A stretch of DNA of 63,377 bases, filler included, from Octopus bimaculoides (taxonomy: Eukaryota), in assembly GCF_001194135.2 (NCBI RefSeq). It is 5 parts of 4 records of this genome, joined end to end, with 100 filler letters (N's around TTAATTAATTAA, not from the genome) between each part and the next. Parts side by side here need not be neighbours in the genome. Positions count along the whole stretch, not along the records: positions 50,817 to 56,905 come from NC_068991.1; positions 57,006 to 63,377 come from NC_068991.1; 3 more parts are not named here. One strand, 5' to 3'. The position numbers and the translations under genes were made by a program. Under the pieces are notes generated by a model that was not told where the DNA came from, searched no databases, and worked only from the letters and a program-made list of their open reading frames with translations. Position 1 is the first letter of the stretch. Each line of letters starts with the position of its first letter. Below, one piece after another: positions 54,654-63,377 of the stretch.

Positions 54654-55493
54654 AACAACAAACAAGATGAGGACAAATATCCGTCAAATGTAAATAATGT
54701 AAATAAAGAACTGTACCATTTGAGAATGATGGACACCGATGTTTCGCCATTTTTGTGGTTTGTCAACATCAAATACCCGCCAGGGTTGAAGGCAAGTCAG
54801 CAAGGCAGTCCACGATTTATATGTTCATGGCTTGTAAAACCATGTGCTGGCATGCTTGGAATTGCATGCTTAAGAGAAAATTTACATATGAAATAAAAAC
54901 AGCCCAAGTATAATAAATATCATTAACCACAGGTACTTAACATATATGCTTTGTGTATTTTCCGGTGGCTGCAATAGCATGGTAGAGTACAATGTATACA
55001 TTTTAAAAATACACTTACAATGTTTGCTACAGACCTTTCTAAGTATATTCGGCTTATAAGAGAAACAAGATCGGTGTCATTTAAAAAGCAGTGATAAATT
55101 CACTGCCACGCCATCCCACATCTCTATGGTTGCTGTTGTTTAAATATTTAATTTTCCATGCTTAACTTCAAATTGAGAATTTAAGTAGCATTTATATGCA
55201 AAATATGATTGAAAATTGAGAAAACTTGGAATAATATGACATTTATTACTTCTAATTTTCAAGGTGCTGAAGACAGTAGAATGTTTAGATTAAATTCCCT
55301 GTTCCATTGCTAAAATGGAAGGGAAACAATGTAAGCAAATAGCCAGGAAATTGAAGAGAAGAAGTTAATCGGTTATATTGACACAGTATTTGACTGGTAC
55401 ATTATTTTATCGACTTCGAAAAGCTCATCGAAACAAATTACCACCTGGCATTCTGTTCGACTTTTTGTATAAAAGTGAATGTATAAGCACCTA

Positions 55494-55536
<43 letters not shown>

Positions 55537-55551
55537 NNNNNNNNNNATGAG

Positions 55552-55591
<40 letters not shown>

Positions 55592-55689
55592 CACACACAC
55601 TCATGCACGAACACACACACCAAACCACACACACATACACTTACATGTGATCACTCCTAAAAGATTCAACCTCATTTTTTTAGGAGTCA

Positions 55690-55985
55690 ACAAAGAAATT
55701 CTTTGTTATCACTCGACCTTCCAGACATTGCGGCCCAACATCGTTGAAATGGCAACCTAGGGTATGTTTTTGTCTTAAAAGAAGCAGAATAGGATGTATT
55801 ATGTAATGTAGTTTGAGATGAACTACCTTTAACAGACAACATTTTCACGGCTGGAAGAGCCTTGATCATATCTGCTCGAAGATACTGGTCGAAAACTAAA
55901 CAACGACGGAAAGGATAAGGAACAATTTTGATTTCTGTCGTCGATTTTATTGAAGCTGAGCGCACCTTTTATTCTAGGGTGTGTG
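55690..55985 (+). mobile_element. Possible very old LINE RT remnant
   Basis: TDNIFTAGRALI...ISVVDFIEAE weakly resembles RT motifs 2-3. Confidence 0.25.
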
Positions 55986-56099
55986 ACCCATTATCCCATC
56001 CCTTTCATCTTCTGCTGCTTTCTACTCCTCTTTGTCTTCCTTTTCCTTTCTTTTTCTCTCTTTTACCCGTTTCCTTGCATTTAAATGTTATAGTCGTTT

Positions 56100-56368
56100 T
56101 CATGGCAATAAAGAACCAGTACATAGCACCAGATTTGAGTATTATAGACACAAGCATCTAGCGGGAACAGCTCGGTCATACTTCACGCTTGGTATATGTA
56201 TTGAAAACACGGAGCATATTTCTTGAAGAAGATACTGATGCAGGTGTATGGGGACGTAAACACACCAACACCGGTGTCAACAAGAGGTGGAGGACAAACA
56301 CAGACACAAAGATACACGCACTCACTCACTCACACACACACACGTGTATATGTGTGTGCATGTATGTG

Positions 56369-56421
<53 letters not shown>

Positions 56422-56495
56422 CCCTTTAGTCTCTGTGTACCAAAATCACTCACTGAACCCAGAACCATGTGGTTGGGAGATGACTTTTTACTTAA
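56100..56495 (-). mobile_element. SINE family 1, internally deleted
   Basis: GGGACGTAAACACACCAACACCGGTGTCAAG module plus head fragment. Confidence 0.75.
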
Positions 56496-57208
56496 CACAT
56501 ATATGGGATTTATTGAGGAAACACATGATACTGTGATGTTTCACAACTCACCCATAGCGTAATTGAATTGAAACGATTAGAACAAGCAATCGAAGCCGAT
56601 TTGAAGTTCCGGATGATTATTTCCACCGAGCAGCATTCGCTTCCAGTCTAAATCATGATTTCTTACATAAATAAGCAAAAGTCATTAGACTAATAGTGTT
56701 TCGTCGTAAATGTGAGTATGCTGTGACATTAATATTTTCAGTTTTTCAAGGTTATTAACAGCATAAGCGAAGTATAAGCGAAGTGAACTGATTTCAATTT
56801 CGAATCTCGCCAACCGAAAAGCATTATTGTTGACGATTCTGTATTTCAGTCCTGTATAAAGTAATTCAAGATTGAATACAATTTCGGATGAAATTCACGC
56901 CCAAANNNNNNNNNNNNNNNNNNNNNNNNNNNNNNNNNNNNNNNNNNNNTTAATTAATTAANNNNNNNNNNNNNNNNNNNNNNNNNNNNNNNNNNNNNNN
57001 NNNNNCCAAGACGAGAAGCTGCATGTGTGTGAGAGAATGCTGGTGATCTTAACGTATGCATATGTGTATGTAGGTGTGAAGGTGTGAAAATGTGGGGAAG
57101 GGAATTGGTCAGTGCTAGTGTGTGCGTGGTGGTGTGTTGTGAAGTGATGTGTTGTGTGATATGGTGTAGCGTGGTGTGATGTGAGGGTGTTGGGAGGTAG
57201 GAGAGGCG

Positions 57209-57264
<56 letters not shown>

Positions 57265-57295
57265 GTCTGTCTGTCTGTATGTCTGTCTGTCTGTA

Positions 57296-57331
<36 letters not shown>

Positions 57332-57360
57332 CATCCATCCATTCATCCATCCATCCATCC

Positions 57361-57451
<91 letters not shown>

Positions 57452-58619
57452 CATACATATATACATACATATATATACATACACACATACATATAAGTCT
57501 CTAAGTGTATATCTACAAACCATTGAATTTGTTTTAAGGTGAGCTAGCTTTACCCAAAGAGACTGGTTAAGAGTGGCTGATAAGCATTAATCAAATGTGA
57601 AATCACTGGTGATCTGCCTATGCCCCAGATGCTGTAGGGAGCTTACCTCCCTTGTTAGTCATAAGATAAGTGCGTTCTTGTGGCTAACAGTTGTTTTGAC
57701 TCTTATTTCTAGCAATGCTGGTGCTAACTAATACCCTTAGTTACTTTAGTGATGTCTATATTTCTGCGTTTCGGTTGTAAATTGTAAATAAGCCACCTGT
57801 ACTATATATATNNNNNNNNNNNNNNNNNNNNNNNNNNNNNNNNNNNNNNNNNNNNNNNNNNNNNNNNNNNNNNNNNNNNNNNNNNNNNNNNNNNNNNNNN
57901 NNNNNNNNNNNNNNNNNNNNNNNNNNNNNNNNNNNNNNNNNNNNNNNNNNNNNNNNNNNNNNNNNNNNNNNNNNNNNNNNNNNNNNNNNNNNNNNNNNNN
58001 NNNNNNNNNNNNNNNNNNNNNNNNNCGATCTATATATATATACATGCATGTACGTATACATACATACGTATAGAAAATATCATTAAAATTGATATTGACA
58101 TCCTCAAAAATATATGTTAATGCATTATCAAGGCTATCCAAAATTAGTGAAATTCAAAGTGAACATCTTGAAATATTACCAGTTTGTAAACGCTAACAAA
58201 TAGAATGCCTAAATCAAATTCTACCTAAGACATTCCTTCATTCAACTTATGGTGATACCATTGGATAACGAAAATGTTTTATAAAAATAAAATGAAAAAT
58301 AACCATATCTAAGAAAAGTAATTTTTGTATTCAATTACTGGTAATAACAATGGATAAAGAAATAATAAAAAACAAACATTAGAATTCTACATTATGACAG
58401 TTAGGAATCTACATAGAAATATAATCTAAAAAATGCTATTTATGCATACAACTATTGGTGATGTCACTGGATAACTAAAGAATAAACAATAAAGCTAAGG
58501 ATTCTACATTATGATTAATAGAAACTTAGATACTTTACATCATAACAATTAGTTGTCAACTTACTCATAATATTGAACCTTTTATCAAAATTAACTAAAA
58601 TTATACAATATATGAAAAA

Positions 58620-59270
58620 TTATTATATTTAATAATTGAAAGATTTGAATGTCTTTCTAAATTTATGGCAACATCGTATTGTAAAGTTTCCATTAAAATT
58701 CAATAAAATTAATCTAGAAGTAATTATATAATACATTTCAAGACAAAGATCACATGTAGAATTACCAATATTCTTCAATGGGGCATAACTAATAAGGAGC
58801 CACTTTAAATCATATTTAATGTTCTTTTAAATCCCAAATTCATTTATTAAGATTTGTAGGATTACTTTTTCTTCTATACATAAATGAATGTGAATGATTA
58901 TGAAATCTACATTTCCAAATTGCAGTAGATGAACCAATATAATAATACTTATCATCTCCAGTTGTTACCTTATACTGGTATGTAGTGAAACTAACAGTTT
59001 CACTACAGGTATATGATATTTTTTCCTTAAATACGGATTTTGTAAAGGGCATACAGCTTTGTTTAGACAATTACACAGGCATTTATTCAATTGAATTTGG
59101 TACTCATGTTTAAAGGAATTTCCACTAGCTCTCCTCTGCAAATTAGGTGTTAAGGTGGGGTTATTATCATGACAATTAACATTAAGGCTAGGAAACAACC
59201 TGACTGTATTATCAGAGTTGTGATTAGTTATAGAATCAAACCTTGTTTGGAAAGAGTATCATTAGAGTTA
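58620..59270 (-). mobile_element. PLE GIY-YIG region, decayed
   Basis: YQYKVTTGDDKYYYIGSS...CRFHNHSHSF, then LKWLLISYAP...TCDLCLE...LLN...CCH. Confidence 0.8.
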
Positions 59271-59937
59271 ATTTCACTATACACATTATCTGTTCTAATT
59301 TTACTTATAGATTTGAATTTATGTATTAGTGTATAAATGTATATAAGTGTGTATATATATATATATATATATATATNNNNNNNNNNNNNNNNNNNNNNNN
59401 NNNNNNNNNNNNNNNNNNNNNNNNNNNNNNNNNNNNNNNNNNNNNNNNNNNNNNNNNNNNNNNNNNNNNNNNNNNNNNNNNNNNNNNNNNNNNNNNNNNN
59501 NNNNNNNNNNNNNNNNNNNNNNNNNNNNNNNNNNNNNNNNNNNNNNNNNNNNNNNNNNNNNNNNNNNNNNNNNNNNNNNNNNNNNNNNNNNNNNNNNNNN
59601 NNNNNNNNNNNNNNNNNNNNNNNNNNNNNNNNNNNNNNNNNNNNNNNNNNNNNNNNNNNNNNNNNNNNNNNNNNNNNNNNNNNNNNNNNNNNNNNNNNNN
59701 NNNNNNNNNNNNNNNNNNNNNNNNNNNNNNNNNNNNNNNNNNNNNNNNNNNNNNNNNNNNNNNNNNNNNNNNTATATATATGTATATATATATCTATGTA
59801 TATATATATGTATATATATCTATCTATATATATGTATATTTATATATATATATACACACACACACAAACATACACACACACACATACACACACACATACA
59901 CACACACGCACACACACATACACACACACACACACAG

Positions 59938-59971
<34 letters not shown>

Positions 59972-60174
59972 TAATTCAGGAGATACAAGGAAGAAGTTCA
60001 CCTCAGGCAGACAATGATGGGTGTATACATATACAGATTTAATAAAGGGAATTGTCTAAAACATATATTAATATATTCAAAATATAGAGTTATAGAAATA
60101 TAAAAATATATATGAATGTTAAGAATATGCAAGGACAAATAAATATATACACATATAAATATAATTGATTATAG

Positions 60175-60236
<62 letters not shown>

Positions 60237-60249
60237 ATATATATATATA

Positions 60250-60293
<44 letters not shown>

Positions 60294-60299
60294 GTAGAC

Positions 60300-60664
60300 A
60301 TAGGCATGGCTTTGTGGTAAGAAGCTTGCTTCCCGACCACATAGTTTCGGGTTCGGTCCTACTGCATGGCACCTTGGGCAAGTGTCTTCAACTGTAGATT
60401 TTGCCTTGTAAATGGATTTGATAGATGGAAACTAATAGAAGCCCGTTGTATATTTATATGTATGTGTGTGTGTGTGTGTGTGTGTCTGAGTTCATCCTCC
60501 ACCATCACTTGACAACTGATGTCGGTGTGTTTATGTCCCTTTAACATTCGTGGTTTGGCAAAAGAGACCAAAAGAATAAGTAACAGGCTTACAAAGATTA
60601 AATCTTGGGATCGATTTGTTCGACTAAAGGCGGTGCTCCAGCATGACTGAAGCAAATAAAAGAA
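60300..60664 (+). mobile_element. SINE family 1
   Basis: Head GGCATGGCTTTGTGGTAAG, core GGCACCTTGGGCAAGTGTC, standard tail. Confidence 0.88.
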
Positions 60665-61169
60665 TTATATATATATATANNNNNNNNNNNNNNNNNNNNN
60701 NNNNNNNNNNNNNNNNNNNNNNNNNNNNNNNNNNNNNNNNNNNNNNNNNNNNNNNNNNNNNNNNNNNNNNNNNNNNNNNNNNNNNNNNNNNNNNNNNNNN
60801 NNNNNNNNNNNNNNNNNNNNNNNNNNNNNNNNNNNNNNNNNNNNNNNNNNNNNNNNNNNNNNNNNNNNNNNNNNNNNNNNNNNNNNNNNNNNNNNNNNNN
60901 NNNNNNNNNNNNNNNNNNNNNNNNNNNNNNNNNNNNNNNNNNNNNNNNNNNNNNNNNNNNNNNNNNNNNNNNNNNNNNNNNNNNNNNNNNNNNNNNNNNN
61001 NNNNNNNNNNNNNNNNNNNNNNNNNNNNNNNNNNNNNNNNNNNNNNNNNNNNNNNNNNNNNNNNNNNNNNNNNNNNNNNNNNNNNNNNNNNNNNNNNNNN
61101 NNNNNNNNNNNNNNNNNNNNNNNNNNNNNNNNNNNNNNNNNNNNNNNNTATATATATATATATATATAT

Positions 61170-61350
61170 GGGAGAATGTACGAAAAAACAACAACAGACG
61201 AGGACAGGTGGTGTAAATAACAAAAGGATGTATTAGTATGACGCTCGGGAATACGGAAAGTCTTTGACGTTTCGAGCTACGCTCTTCAACAGAAAGAATA
61301 CGGAGACAAGGAGAAAAACACGGAGAAAAAAAAAATTCGGAGAGAAAAAA
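61170..61350 (-). mobile_element. Solo PLE pseudo-LTR-like piece carrying a family B hammerhead
   Basis: Homologous to 33795-33920 (TTCCCGAGC(A/G)TCA(A/T)AC(C/T)AATAC). Confidence 0.75.
61261..61297 (-). ncRNA. Minimal type I hammerhead (family B), one core substitution
   Basis: UCUUU-CUGUUGA-A-GAGC(GUA)GCUC-GAAA-CG-UC-AAAGA; perfect 5-bp stem I. Confidence 0.7.
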
Positions 61351-61474
61351 AAATAATAATTAGGTTATATTCTGTACATTATAAAGCTTGTCCACCTTCA
61401 GATTTCACCCAGTGCTATCCAACAGTAGTATTATACCTACTGCCATATTTGCGCTGGAACATTTGTAGTGTGTG

Positions 61475-62095
61475 AATGGATAACTGGAGTCAAGAGAAGG
61501 AATACAGGGGAACATTTATTTGTAATCTCTGCAGCTGTTTCCATGTTATGTAGTTCTCCAGGATCACAGGTATTTGGTTATGCAAACATTTACTTGCATT
61601 ATGAATTCTTGCTGTGTTTCATCAGGTGAAATATAAATGTTGTTTCTGTGTTCCGTAAACACAAATTTTCGACTTTGACCACACCCTTTCTGTCTGTTGT
61701 AGCTATACGAGGTAGTAGTAAACATTCAGTATTTTAAAATGTGTGCAGTCACTGAAAGCCTGTTGATAAATCAGATTTATAAACAGACTTTCAATGACTG
61801 CACACATTTCAATATACTGACTCACTCACATTTTAATATACTGAGTGTTTACTATTACCTAATATAGCCATGACAGACTGGAAGGGTGTGATTGAAGCTG
61901 AAAATTTGAGCTTATAGAACACAGAAATAATATTTGTATACCACCTGATGAAACTCAACAATATCTTGTAATGCAAGGAAACAGTTGCATAACCAAATAC
62001 CTGTTAACCTGGTGGACTATGTTGCGTGGAAACAATTGCAGTGATTATAAATAAATGTTCTTCTGTACTCCTTCTGTTGACTCCAATTTATTCAA
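61475..62095. repeat. ~620-bp imperfect palindrome (foldback), centre 61773
   Basis: ATAAATC-A-GATTTAT at the centre; arms pair outward to GGAGTCAAGAGAAGG / CCTTCTGTTGACTCC. Confidence 0.9.
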
Positions 62096-63070
62096 TTATA
62101 TATATATATATATATATATATATNNNNNNNNNNNNNNNNNNNNNNNNNNNNNNNNNNNNNNNNNNNNNNNNNNNNNNNNNNNNNNNNNNNNNNNNNNNNN
62201 NNNNNNNNNNNNNNNNNNNNNNNNNNNNNNNNNNNNNNNNNNNNNNNNNNNNNNNNNNNNNNNNNNNNNNNNNNNNNNNNNNNNNNNNNNNNNNNNNNNN
62301 NNNNNNNNNNNNNNNNNNNNNNNNNNNNNNNNNNNNNNNNNNNNNNNNNNNNNNNNNNNNNNNNNNNNNNNNNNNNNNNNNNNNNNNNNNNNNNNNNNNN
62401 NNNNNNNNNNNNNNNNNNNNNNNNNNNNNNNNNNNNNNNNNNNNNNNNNNNNNNNNNNNNNNNNNNNNNNNNNNNNNNNNNNNNNNNNNNNNNNNNNNNN
62501 NNNNNNNNNNNNNNNNNNNNNNNNNNNNNNNNNNNNNNNNNNNNNNNNNNNNNNNNNNNNNNNNNNNNNNNNNNNNNNNNNNNNNNNNNNNNNNNNNNNN
62601 NNNNNNNNNNNNNNNNNNNNNNNNNNNNNNNNNNNNNNNNNNNNNNNNNNNNNNNNNNNNNNNNNNNNNNNNNNNNNNNNNNNNNNNNNNNNNNNNNNNN
62701 NNNNNNNNNNNNNNNNNNNNNNNNNNNNNNNNNNNNTATATATATATTGATAATGATAAATGGATCAGGTTTCAGCTGCAACATAAACACCCCCACCAAC
62801 ACTAACTAACAAAAAACTAACTCCACTCCCACTCAGTTTGCTTTGAGACTGGCCAAATGAATAGATGCTGAAGATGCTGCACCAATAATAATGACAGATT
62901 GTATCTGCAACTGCCAGTAGTCTTTGCAGTGGAAACACATGTAGGTCATTATAATATGCTTTATAAAATTGTAAAATAACAGAAAATAAATTTCGAGGAT
63001 GAGCAGGTCTCTGTATGCTTTAGAATTATTATAATTATTACTAATATTAGGTTAAGTAAGAAATTTGTAA

Positions 63071-63331
63071 TAAATAAAATAAATGCGCCCTTTTAAAGCC
63101 TAGCCAGGCTCATGTGCCCGGTTTCCCGGTTTCAATGGCGTATGTGTTCCCCAGCTGGACGGGACGCCAGTCCATCGCAGCGTTACTCATTTTTACCAGC
63201 TGAGTGAACTGGAGCAACGTGAAATGAAGTGTTTTGCTCAAGAACACAACACATCACCCGCCCCAGGAATCGAAACCACAATCTTACGATCAAGATGCTG
63301 ATACCCTAACTACTAAGCCATACGCCTCCAC
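63071..63331 (-). mobile_element. tRNA-derived SINE with a V-domain-like core
   Basis: Head GTGGAGGCGTATGGCTTAGTAG...GTTTCGATTCC; core GCTGCGATGGACTGGCGTCCCGTCCAG. Confidence 0.85.
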
Positions 63332-63377
63332 ATGAAATTTGTAGAAAAGAAAAAAGGTTTGCTAATCTATATATATA

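Larger units (their letters stand above)
53335..54705 (-). mobile_element. tRNA-head/(AAT)n/hammerhead element, copy 3 (minus orientation), split by a Dong insertion
   Basis: Head 54563-54487, ATT tracts 54415-54486 and 53490-53507, tail 53483-53335, inverted arm 54565-54705. Confidence 0.88.

Noticed and set aside
57740-57802. CAACCGAAACGCA on the minus strand, resembling an HHR 3' half
   Set aside because: No CUGANGA core and stem II is poor; upstream sequence is lost in a TA tract and gap

Overview
AT-rich animal genomic DNA full of microsatellites and with many N gaps. The SINE families and overall texture suggest an octopus/coleoid scaffold (inference from recall, not searched). No host gene can be called with confidence; there are only a few splice-site-bounded exon candidates. 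The window is mostly mobile-element remains: several tRNA-derived SINE families, mariner, Tigger, hAT and Tc1 relics and MITEs, a Gypsy integrase, CR1, RTE and R4/Dong LINE fragments, and at least six Penelope-like (PLE) fragments. The most striking structure is a short element present three times (286-660, 40455-40896, 53335-54705). It consists of a tRNA-like Pol III head, an (AAT)n tract and a minimal type I hammerhead ribozyme (HHR) tail, preceded by an inverted copy of that tail whose length differs at each insertion. One HHR copy (53389-53434, minus) has a complete core. A Dong-like LINE sits inside the (AAT)n tract of the third copy. Two further minimal HHR families lie at PLE 3' ends. 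Other notable items are paralogous decayed Ig-like coding segments (42.4-46 kb), a ~620-bp foldback palindrome, and an apparent shift in CpG retention near 26 kb.
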